The notes below the pieces were generated by a model. The model was not told the DNA's origin and searched no databases. It was given only the letters and a program-made list of their open reading frames with translations. This document shows positions 1 to 12,700 of a stretch of DNA of 64,000 bases, piece after piece. This DNA is from Lingula anatina. Lineage: Eukaryota; Animalia; Brachiopoda. The stretch is from assembly GCA_051362555.1 (NCBI GenBank), contig CM120645.1:310001-374000 (forward strand). Reading direction: 5' to 3'. How positions within the stretch are numbered: the stretch's first letter is position 1; each line of letters starts with the position of its first letter. Position numbers and translations under genes: made by a program.

Positions 1-793
1 AATCATTATAACATCTTGGTTGAGACACACTAATAAAATGCTTCCCATCTCAACTACCACAATGTACCATTTCTCCTTGCAGATTTCTCTGCATCTTCTA
101 TGCAGATTAAATAGTCTAAGCCCTCTTTAATTGCTATAATACTTCACTTGCTTATCACCACTTTTCAACTGGTCTTTATAATCTGACAGCATCATGTTAA
201 CCCTAGACACCTTTCAATACAGCCAATTTTGTGTCTCACTGACTCCAACAGGTTGCATGACACCATGGAAAAATAAAAAGTGTTGAGATCCTTGCAATAA
301 ACCATGTGATCAACTAATCACATGATAGGGTTTTGGTGCATATCATTACCAGCAACAATAAAATATTATCCCTGTGGCAATGTTTATATCCCAATATTTA
401 CACCAAAATCAAGATTCAAACTCAGAAACATTCTGCAGAGTTACATTTGTAAGACTACACTGGAACTCCATGTCCTCCATAGGCTCCAGTCTGGAGGGTG
501 TCTGGGGGGAGGAGGAGGGGGGGGGGGGTCACAAACACCCCTTGTCCTTCTCACCTCTGAATCATGTAAATGAATTCAAAATGATGGGCAGGGTGAACAG
601 TTGAATCAATTCAAAATAATGCTGCATGTCTTGGAGATATCAGCACAAAAGAATCAAAGGATTAAAAATGCGAAGATTTAAATCACAAAGAACTCCCAAT
701 AAATGCCTGACATATGATGAATTATGTCCCAGAAACATTACTCTGCAGATTCATAAGATTCAAGAACAGGTCGCACGTCAAGTTTGCAATCAT

Positions 794-984
794 ACACAGT
801 GGTGACAGGTCATATTTTCCTGTTGACATGGAGAGTGACAGAGTCTGGGTCAATGACACACAGTGGTGGCAGGTCATATTTTCCTGTTGACATGGGGAGT
901 GACAGAGTCTGGGTCAATGACACACAGTGGTGACAGGTCATATCTTCCTGTTGACATGGGGAGTGACAGAGTCTGGGTCAATGA
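794..984. repeat. 64-bp tandem repeat x3 spanning the CDK20 stop codon
   Basis: Unit ACACAGTGGTGACAGGTCATATTTTCCTGTTGACATGG...GGGTCAATGAC starts at 794, 858 and 922. The third copy contains the last ~15 codons and the TGA of CDK20. Confidence 0.9.
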
Positions 985-3900
985 GAGATTCTTCTAACGG
1001 CGTATCTATGTTGTACTCGTGCACGTGCTGTGGACGTCTGAGTTTCTTGCCGCGCTGAGGTATGGGTAGCTCAGAGTGGTGTGCTGGTAGTGGCTCCATG
1101 AAGAAGTACGGGTGGAGGAGGGCCTGGAAGTGAGAAAAGTTACACTGACCATTACACTCTCATATTGAGCACATATTATTACCACCAGGGGTGGACCCAG
1201 ATATATTTTGTGACAGTCTTCAAAATTATCTCTGTTGATACATCCCCCATTTTGACCGTCTCTCGACAGTGAAGATTAGATGCCCATCAATGTGAACTTG
1301 ATTACTACCTTGTGCTATGCTATCAGAAGAGCAGGGAACACATTCTACATTCTTTCTCCCAATTGATAACAATTTATTTTGACAACATTTTTGTCAATAA
1401 AATTATAATTATAATAACAGATAAAGATCTCTTATTCAGTTACACTCGGGAGTAACTGATGGCTGAGACTGTAATAATGAGAAATTACAAAGTACCAGAA
1501 GTTACTTCCCTTTTAAATTGTGGTCTCCAGAGATAAAAATCATTTTGCCAATGTTTTTCTTACTTAAATTATAATAACAGAGTCTGACAAAGTTACAGCT
1601 GAATTAGATAAATTATCTATAAGTCAATGATACCACGTTCAATCTCACCTCTTTTGCAGAAATTCTCTCCTTGGACGGGTAAACAAGAAATCGTTTAAGG
1701 AGATCGAGAGCTATAGCTGAACTGTCAGGAAGGATCAGCTCAAATGGAATGGGTGGGTTCTCTGGGAATGTTATCTTGTTGTAGTCAGGAAGCTCTGACA
1801 TGCCCTAAAACATGTTTTCTCAAGTAAGCAATTCAGTAATAAAAGCACACAAAGATCATCAGACCTTTATACACTTCTGTCATTTGGTAGTAGCATGACT
1901 TTTTACCAAGACTTTTTACTGATGCCTTGGCTAACAAGTGTATATGACACTATGTATATGTATATGACACTATGTATATGTATATGACACGTCTAATTTT
2001 AAAAAAATCAGAACAGAAGAAATAAATATGCTCATTAAAACATTGCATTTTTAAAAAATCAAGAACAAAAATGAATCTCATCTAGCAACCCTGATTACAG
2101 ACACTCTCTGCTTCCTGACTTATGATGTTATATAATAAATATAATCATATGTGTACTTTTAGAATTAAGTTAACCAACTACTCACTGGCCAGGTAGCTTC
2201 TGTATTGTAATATAATAATATTTCTACTCACTGGCCAGGTAGCTTCAGTATTGTAATATAATAATATTTCTACTCACTGGCCAGGTAGCTTCTGTCGGTG
2301 TTCCCAACACTCTCAACACACAACACAACTGTTCTATGTCATTTTCCCCCTGGAAATAGTGATCATAATCATTTTAAGACATATCAATTATTGTATCAAG
2401 TGTAAAATTTATCAAAATAAATCTGTCTTTTGTGATTAAAATTTTGAGATAGTTCTCAGTGATTTTCAATGATGTCAACAAGTACGGTAAAGTGCCATGA
2501 ATTTCGAACGGCTCTTGAATTTCGAACAATCTTAAAATCAGTCGCCTGGAGTTTTTTCTAGACCATGAACTTCGGCCAGTAAGCAATTTTGCACGATCTT
2601 GATTTCGTGAATTTCGTACCCCTTAAAATCGGCCACCAGGCTATTTTCGCACTCATAAAGATCTAACAGTCGGCAATGTTGCCCTGGCGTACCTTTACCT
2701 GAGTACTACGTGTGCGGCCCAAGGTGCAAGATAACGATCGGTACAGTTTGTTTAGGGCGCTAAACAACATCGTCATCACCATTCATTCAGATAACAGGAG
2801 AATCTATTAAGAGTATTGCTGTCGGGCTGTTGTTTCTTTACCGCAGTACTCGGTGTGAGATAGCGATTGGTAGTTTTGCTGAGGCGCCCAATAGCATTGT
2901 TAACAGTAGAGACTTCAGTAACAGAACAAAAGAAGCAATATTAAGAGCTGCAATAAAGATTACCATTATTGCTTTCTTGTCTCGTTCAGATCGTTCATGA
3001 TCTCCCGCTGACGATCTTCCGCTAATGAAGTCCCTTGACATGTACAAATGATATGAAAAATATTTTTAAAAATTATCAATTTCAATGGGGAGGGAGGGTT
3101 AAAAACGATTGATAACAATCTTCCGCTGACGCTCTTTCGCGGACGAACTCCCTTGATGAATAAGAAAATTGCCTTCTCGTCTCGCTTAGATCCAGAACGA
3201 TCTCCGGCTGACGATCTTCCGCGAACGAAAGTCACTGAACGAATATGAGCTTTCTCGTTTCACTCGGATTGCGAATGATCTCCCCCTGACAATAGGAAAA
3301 TTGCGTTCTCGTCTCGCCCTTGGCTTACGAAGTCTTTTTAACAAATATGAAAATTGCCTCCTCGTCTCTCTCGGATTGCGAACAATCTCTTGCTGAAAAT
3401 TTGAAAATTGCCTTTTTGTCAATCAGCTTTGTCAGCTGCCGTGCGTATGAAGGTCCGGAAGGTGTCCCCTTTCACAAATTGGCGGTTAGTTTGCTTAGAG
3501 TGTTTTGTACAGCATGAAAGTCACTCTTGTCACTGCTGCATATGGCGTGGCATGTGTATCTTCAATTTAATAGAAACATTTTATTGTGTTTTGTAAGCTT
3601 TAGGAAGTAGTTTCGTCGTGCCTGAATATTAGCGTACACTACAAAGTAGTATCATTCATCTGTGACGCATCATAAAAGCAGGGTACGTCAAATTACTCTA
3701 AGAAAATTTATATATTAAAGTTCTAATATATCTTAGTTTAATTGTTTGTACATTTTGTAAAAATTGCCCATGTCACCCCGTTAGTTTGGAGGGTTAAGCT
3801 GGATCAAGTTCGTGTCAAAATTCTTTGAAGCTTTTCAGGAAAAATCAATCTTCATTTGTTTCTCTGGCTCCTTGTTTAGCCCGATGATCAGATTTATCTA

Positions 3901-6655
3901 GTGCCCCCAGGTTTGCTGGGGCAGCTCTTTGAAAATAACGCACAGGTAGATTTTTACCTGAGATAAATATTCCCAGCGAGAGTACGTTTGATAGACTCAA
4001 GACAAAGACTACCTGTGATCTGAAGGGCACTTTACCATCTAATTAAGAGTTAAAGGAAGTTCCAGCTAGATGGACGATTAAGATCGGACTTCAGATGGTA
4101 ACTAGTATACCTCAGTTCTGTGAAAGCTAACGAGAAGGGTGTCAGAACAATGGTGCATATATAAATTATACAGAGGATTTGTAAATTCAGGTAACGTTAA
4201 CTTACAATCGAAGGGGATTTTCGATAATATTCCTTGAAAAATACACTAAATTTATAGAGAATAATATCCTGGTTGGCCAAAAAATTGTACGCACAGTGTA
4301 TCCGTGCGTATGCCTAGTTACGCCCCTGTGACGCAAACCATTTCCCGCTGACTATATGAAAATTGCCTTCTAGCATGGATAAAAAGTCCTAGTATCTAGG
4401 CTTGCTGGGATCGCTGACGATCTCTTGCTGACGAATATAATAACGAAGTCAAGACCTGTACTCAACCCCCCCCCCCCCCCAACCTAGTATATTTGATCGC
4501 AGACAACAATCAGCGGTCATCTTGGTCGCGGCGCATGGCGGAGAGAGACCGTAATACACAGTGCGGCTGCTGTGGTGAAGGTTACCTGTGCGCCGCACAT
4601 ACCGATCTGCAGTCGTAGTGTCCTCCCTGCACCGCAGAGAGAGGCCGTAATGCCGAGACCGGCTTCTACAGTGAAGGCGACGTATGCGTCGAAGACACCG
4701 ACCCTCGCATGGCCAGATGAGGACGCACTCGCGGGTTAAGCTCCACCCGACTTCAACGGTAATTGCAGGCTACTTGTACGTGCGACATAGAAACCGATCG
4801 GCTGTCGTCTCGGTTTCAAGGCAAGGAAAGGAGCAGCGGTAACACTAAGCTTCCACAGTAAAGCTTATTTGGCCGTGGTAGACTTTAATCGCCTGCCGTC
4901 TCTTCCTCCGTCTACTCCCATTCTGAGCGCCAGGATCGTTTTCGAAAGTCGACACTAGTTTCTTGCTGCCAGAATCGCTTTTGAAAAAACGACACTACTG
5001 ATAACGATGCTGTTTTGCGTCCCTAGCCAACAGTACTGCCTGTTATCTAGCACCTTGGGCCGTACACAGTGATCGGGTGAAAGTATGTGTATCCTTTTGG
5101 TCGCAATTACCGACACTCACACATCATACATTATGGTAACTCTAAATAGATCGTCGGGAGAAGATCACAAAAAGCCTAGCCCAGACAACTTCCGGTCAAA
5201 ATTGACAGAATTCCATGAAATTCGAACGTTTGGAAGTTCTGAGCACCTCCATTTCATGAATTTCGGCCAAAACAATCTTTTCCCAAATTTAATTATTTTC
5301 TACTGATCGAAATTCATGGCACATTACCGTAAAGGTAAATTTGTCTGATGAAACCCAAATTTACTATGATCATCTCTCAGTAGCATGAGCTTCCACGAAA
5401 AGGACTTGATAATGAGAAAAAAAGAGACTTAAATGTACAACACAAAAGAATTCTTAAGCAATATGTCTATTCATATCTACATGTGACATTCCATTTTATT
5501 TGAAAGATACTATGGAAATGAGAGAGAGAAAGGGAGAGAGAGAGCATGATGTAAGTCTTACTGGAAAAAGTGGTGAGTTATTCAGCAGCTCTCCAAGTAT
5601 GCATCCCACCGCCCTGAAAACATACAATAAACTCCATGAATATTTTATACTTTTTTCCAAAACAAGTCAAAAATCAATGTCATGAATTAAAAGGCAAATG
5701 CAGCAGTAGGCTGTGAATAAATATTTTCTGTCTGCAAACACATTAAAATTTTCAGTACAAAACTATTAATTTTTGTTTTAGTTTTCATTTATATTAATCA
5801 TTCCTCCCCTTCCCTTCCTTATTCACATACAATGTTCCTCATTGTGTGCACTGTCTGGCAGACACTGAGCTACATTTTACTACTCCATCTATCTCATCTA
5901 TCCTGTGCACAAATAGCAATAAAAATGAAATCAAAAGCCATTAAATGCCATACACTAAAACAAATGCAGCATGAATTCTGTCTCCCTTTGCCACAGTGAG
6001 GCAGGTCACTTGGGATTACCTCCTCAATGTCCAATAGGTAAAATCAATAGAGAAGGAAAGAATCAAAGACAACAGACATTTTCTCCAGGGAAGTCTATTA
6101 ACATTGTACAAACAGTAGCAAAATGTTATGTGAACAATCAAACCATTCTTCCAAAGGTTCACAAACTTTTTCTTCACTTTCTTTCTCCTACAGTACATAG
6201 ACACTGATTCTGTTCTATTGTTTTTCTCCCTATTTCACTCACATTAATGAAGACTGTGTTAATACTGTCTCTGCAGTTTTAATCATGGATGTTAAAGGAA
6301 GTTAGTCATGTGGAGATTGATAAAAGACGACCGTAACACCAATAATACCACCCCTAACACTGGAACATACTGACATTTACCAACTTTGATTCCAGAAAAG
6401 ATCACAAACTAGGCAGCTATTTCAATGTGCCATGAGGGCAGTTTTCATTATAGCAAATAAAACAAACCATTTCTAGTTGAAAAGAGAGTTGAAATTCAGG
6501 CCTACTGAAATACACTGGTATATGTATGCTATGTATTTGAATATGTATGCATTTAATATATGCAGTTTGACAATTTTCATCACTGTAACAAATGCAGTGA
6601 CATTATTAAAATATTATGAAAATTTTCATAAGAAGAATTCTTAATTCAATACATA

Positions 6656-6702
<47 letters not shown>

Positions 6703-9700
6703 ATCCATTAATTATTGATTCAAGCAAAGTCTAAACCATTGCTGTATTTAATGCTTTATTTATTCTTTAATACCTTGAAATGTTAAAATCTATCTATTTA
6801 AAGTAAAAATGCTCTGAAACTGAAAATATCCCAAAGACACTCATAAAGTTTGGAGAATTACAATAACATAAAGATAATACTACTAAAAAAAAAAGAAATA
6901 TATGCCTCCCTAATGCTATCATTAATGTTAGTATAAGTGTGTAACTTAATCAGAGAAAAGATCAAAGTAACTGCCTATGCATTTCTAGTATTATTATTAT
7001 AATAGTTTAGTACACAGTACAAACATGATGCATTTTAATGTAAACTCTACACAAATCATTCTTTTTCTCCATTTTTTTACATATTAAACAAACCACTGAT
7101 ATTAATCAATTTCCTCCTTCGTTTAAATCAGAATATATATGCATGTCTTTAATATTAATATATTCATCAAAGACCCAGAGATATGTAAATCTTCACCAAC
7201 AATCAGGGGACAGGCAGTATTTTAATTATATAACATATACATACACAAGAAGATAAAAACTTGCCTACAGTCATAGTGAAGTATATAAATCCTATCCTGA
7301 GGCTAATACTACATAACTCATCTACCCAGCTGCAGAGGAAGACTTGAAAATATGTTTTATGGGAGACAAGTGGCATCTAGTGAGCTATGAGAGCCTATAA
7401 TAACGCGGTGTTGTCTGGTCACATGATGTTCATTAATAAGCTCTTCCAGTGAGATAACAGCTTTCTGGGACTGTCTCGTATCGTACCACGTAGAAACACA
7501 GGGACTGAAACTGTAGCAGCACAGTCAGGACACATTGCAGGAGAGAGAACAGGAAACATGGACATTAAAACAACCAAGAAAACTCCAAGACTGTCATTTT
7601 GAGAGTGGAGCAGGGAAAATGTCACAGTAAACAAAGTAAGTAGTTGGCTTGAGAAGAGGGACAGTTTCCTCTGCAAATGACAGAAATTAATACTTTTTGA
7701 AAAATTTAATGGATAAAATCATATTAACAATATCCTGTTATTATATGTTTTTTTTTTTAATAAAACATACTTTCCAAAAGACAAATGAAATATAGAGATT
7801 ATTTGCAGTGCCCAACGGGTGACGCTGTACTGACATTTTTTGGGAAAAAAATACTGTTATCAGTTTTGGAATTTTCTCTATAACCAAGATAGCTATTAAT
7901 TCAAATGGCATCATAAAGCTGGGTAAAATCACTACTGAAGGATACCAGGGAATTCACTTAAACTATTTCTTTTTTATTTCATCGACTTTTAAGTTAAATT
8001 ACCCCACATTTCAATTGGTTATTCACTTTAAAAGATGATAACTTTCCAACAAACAATTTCCTCCAGAATCCCTGATATCCATCTGTAGTCCACATAATTC
8101 ACAACAATTAGTGTAATTTTCATAGCGATCGGTTGCTAAGATAGGGACATATACCTGAAGCTGGCTCACTTATCTCATCAATCTGGAAAGCTGTTTTAAC
8201 GGCCAAAAACATTCACAGGCTGGTTAACAAGCTTTTTAGTCAAATATTTAGATGAGAAAATTACCTGTTATCAGTTGTACAATCAAATGGAACCAATGCT
8301 CATTGTCATCTTTTGATACTTTGTTTGGGTGCTTTGAAATGCCAGAAAATATATGTTATGTTGTCCCTTCATGAAATATATGCAAAAAGGGAAATTAACC
8401 TTTGTAACATATTAAACAGGTTGTCTCTCCCTTCTTTGAAAACTGGAATGTAAGAAAACAGAATTTTGGAGAAGTTGAGTATCTTAAAATTGCCAAATGA
8501 AGAAATATGGAAAATGTTAAGAGATGGAGCATCTCAATTACATACAATAAATACCCTGATGCATAAAGCGATAATTTTCCCATCAACAGTTAAACTGTTA
8601 ATGTAAGTGTTAAAACTGCAGTTAATCTCAGACTAATATTTCAATGTTTATCTTTGTTTATATATAGCATCAGAAATCAAAATAGTGGTAGTAAAGAACA
8701 ATTTTTATAGTTTCTGTTGGCTGAAGAAAAAATTGGTGCTTCATTCTTAGTACATGACACTGCTGATGCAATTTTTTTTTTATCTTGATGTAAGTTACAC
8801 ATCCAGATTTGAAGTAGGTAAAATATACAACATAAATTCTGAAGGTAAATAATATTTTTTAATATGTGAATCAACACTTTCACTTTTCACTTTCTTCCTG
8901 TGTGTTATTCATCACAGCATGCACATGCTGAGACAACCATATCTAAAAGCCATCTTTTTCCCTTAATAATTTCATTTAGATGTAAATGTGATACACAAAC
9001 CTTCACTGTAATTAGATTTATCTATCTGGCAAGTAATATTGCATTAAAAATTATATCATTTCAGTTTTCCCCAGTCTATAAATTTCACAGAGCAAACAAG
9101 TCTGTCATGACACCTTTTCTTGTGCAGATATAAATCCAGCATTAGCATTTTAACCTATCAAAGTTGTGGCAATATTTTAGCATTTTTCTTCCTATCACAC
9201 AGATAGTCAGGTGAGAAAACTAATCAGAATTATCTGACATTAAACCATAATTACACAGTCTGGAAGCCTATTTTGGTTTATCCTATTTGATGTCTGCTGG
9301 AGTAGAAGTATAAATCATACCACAGCAAGTGTAACAAGCTGCCAATGATTCCACCATCATTATCATTATATAGCATGTATTAATATTTTAATATTGAAAT
9401 ATGATAATATCCCCAGAACTGCCTGCAAAGAACAAACTGAATGTCAACACTGACATCTATACCATTAAGAATATTTCCAAGTTTATAACATTTTAAAAAT
9501 ATAGAGTACGGTAGGATATTTTTGTGTTAAAAAAAACAGTATGTGCATGATGGCTGGTAATCCTGTAAGCATTAAATACATCACTGAACAACAACTCTTT
9601 CAATTCCTCATTAATGAATTCCATTTCATAACACTATATCAAAACTTTACAGCTGCCAGGCTTATACATATACTGTATTTCAATACCCATAAAATTTTAC

Positions 9701-12700
9701 CTGGCAGTTCTTGGCGGTATCTGGTGATAAAAAAAAAGATCATGAATATTCCATGTTAGATCTGTTAGCTACTCAGTATATATTTTGAGCTTCAGATGCT
9801 CATCAGTAATCCTGATGTATACTTAGACCGGGTACATATTTTCCATTATCAACTCTGACCTTCCAAGGACTTGTAATTCAACAGTCTCTCATTCATAACA
9901 ACAAAACCACCAGATTTTTAACAACATGAAGGTTTTAATCGCAACTGTTTAATTAATATAATATTTAAGCAAATTGGTAGATGGTATTATTTATGATTAT
10001 ATGATTTATATCTATAACATGGTGTCATTAGTTGTCCAACACATTGTGCAGGCTACATATTTCATTATGGGGATGTGCAACAGTGGGATAATTAATGACA
10101 TATCTTTGTCCATTTTTTTTCTAAATTGTCTCAGAGTTAAGTTTGATGGCATATTTAAACTGTTTTTTTTTTTTTTTGAAAATGACAGTGAAGAGATGGA
10201 CGACAGTTTAAACAATGTGATGGTATACATACATAATTTTACATGCAAAAATAAAATAAAGAATTAACATAATCACCCACATCTGGTAGGCTATTTTCAA
10301 CTCTTCAGCTTCATCACATTTATTAATGGCAGTTTCTTGTACAAAATGGCTGTACTGGTAGTTGATGAAGTATCTTAGCAAGAGATCTTCACAAGGTCAC
10401 ACAGTCTATAAATTACCAACCAAATAGCACCAGTTGACCAGGCAGATCCCAGGACAATTTTCTCTCCCCCCCCCCCCCCCAAAAAAAAAAAGAAATCGTT
10501 GTTGATCTTCCCCCCCCCCCCCAAGAAAAAAATTTGTCCCTTAAAATAATATGCTTTATGTTAGAACTGTCCTGCTACTGACAAGATATTCAGCTAAAGA
10601 CAGAGAAACTGACTAAAGTAAGATATAAAATAAAAGACAATAAGACATAAAATACACCTGAATGTCAACAACAGTGTTGGCAAGTTTCCAAAATGCGCAT
10701 ATGAAATAATATGTTTCTGTGTTTCAAAATACTGCTAAATGTAACATATATGATCTTCTATTCAGTCTTTAGTTATGACAATATTTTCCTGTTAAATATA
10801 ATGCAGTACAGTTTTGGATGTTACGTACATGCCCATGTTGTTGTTTTTGTTTCATAGTTTTAAGTCAATTTAACACTCTCACATATACACTGTTAGACTC
10901 TCTTCAATCTCATACATTCTAATATTCTGTTTTTTTCTTTTTGTCTTCAGAAACAAGACTTAACCAACGGCAAATCCAATGGCTTTCTACTGGCACTTAC
11001 AAATATGCATCTAGTGACCAGAAAAGGAAATTATACTCAAACCAATGAGGGATCTTCATAGGAGACCTACCCACACCCACCCGCTTATACCCACAATAGT
11101 ACTATATCAGACACCCACACCCACCCACTTATATACACTGTAGTACTATATCAGACACCCACACCCACCCACTTATATACACTATAGTGCTATCTCAGAC
11201 ACCCACACCCACCCACTTATATACACTGTAGTGCTATCTCAGACACCCACACCCAGCCACTTATATACACTGTAGTACTATCTCAGACACCCACACCCAC
11301 CCACTTATACCCACAATAGTACTATATCAGACGCCCACACCCACCCACTTATATACACTGTAGTACTATATCAGACACCCACACCCACCCACTTATATAC
11401 ACTGTAGTGCTATCTCAGACACCCACACCCACCCACTTATATACACTGTAGTGGTATTTTGTGTACCCAGATACACCCACTGTATCACTATCACCATGAG
11501 TACCAAAGAATCATCGCTTGGCACCAAAACCCACCAAATATTCAGACGGTACAAAGTGGCCATATTGCAAAGCTGTTCCCCAATTCCAGTGCTAATGGTT
11601 GGACTTATGCTGCTTTTTAACCTATTTGTAATCTCTAACATAAGTCATGATTCTTGGAGTGCCCAAAGGAAGAGCCATTTGCCAACCCACAAAACGGGAA
11701 TATCACAGCACCAAACTTGGAAACCAAACATGCAAGACGATAAGGATATCAAGACAAATGTATTCAGCACAGGAAGGGCCAACAAGGCTCCTAGTTTTTT
11801 CACAAAAATTAATAATCTGGTTCTTGTAGAAGGTTTATCTGTTGAGAATCAAGACAGACACATAGAAAACAGGGTAAATGCACAGTCAATTGTATATAAC
11901 AATGGAAAGATGGCACGCAAACATAGAATTATTGGCCCAAACTATTATGATTATGATGATCCCGACTTAGAGCAAGGAGCCAGAAATAGACATGGTGAGA
12001 TTGAAAGTTCAAGTAAAGGCAAGGCATGGCTGAAGTGTAAGGAGAATCCGAACATATGTCCTCAAGAATTCCAAAAATGGTACAAATCAATGACGCCTCT
12101 ATGTGGAGTGAACTTCATTGCCTTTGACAGAAACTTTGCCTTATGTCAGAACATCACTCTCAATCGACAGAAAGCTATTGGACAAAAAGGAGGAGAAAGT
12201 ATCACAGAAGTGTTAAATCAGAAGGAGGCTGTAGAGTTTTACAAGTACAAGTTTGGATTTTTTGAAGTCAGGAACTGCCAAAAAACACCCAAGTATGTGT
12301 TTACTAAATACCACGGAAAGGGTCACCTCAAGGATTGGATAGAATCAGTGTCAATCAAAAAAAATCATCCCAATCCACAGCTGACAACAGTCAATAAGAA
12401 TTTCACCATAGCTGTGACGAGGTACGAATATGTTAACTGGTACCATTCAATGACAGACTTCTACAATGCATTCCTAATGATGAAATTCTTTAGAAAACAA
12501 CCTGATGAGATCAGTGTGTTACTTATTGACGCTCATCCTCAAGGTAACCTGGACGAGGTTTGGGCAACATTGTTTGGTAATTCTAAACGGCTGAGTGAGA
12601 CGGACAGACTGGTGACCTACAGAGAAATGGTCTGGAATCCAATGGGTTATAACAGCATGATGAATCAACACGTACGCAAAACAATCCCACTTATTGATGA

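Noticed and set aside
8876-8894. ACTTTCACTTTTCACTTTC, an IRF-like motif upstream of the GT61 exon
   Set aside because: Single occurrence in AT-rich intron with no paralogous or positional support, so it could be chance.
11063-11455. Regular 44-bp array as a possible CRISPR
   Set aside because: Units are contiguous with no unique spacers, the context is eukaryotic and no cas genes are present.
11451-11495. GTG-initiated N-terminal extension of the GT61 ORF, and TTG starts of the TRIM ORFs, in the ORF track
   Set aside because: These reflect prokaryote-style start calling. The ATGs at 11496, 39519 and 44625 fit the eukaryotic context, and the TRIM ones match the paralogs.
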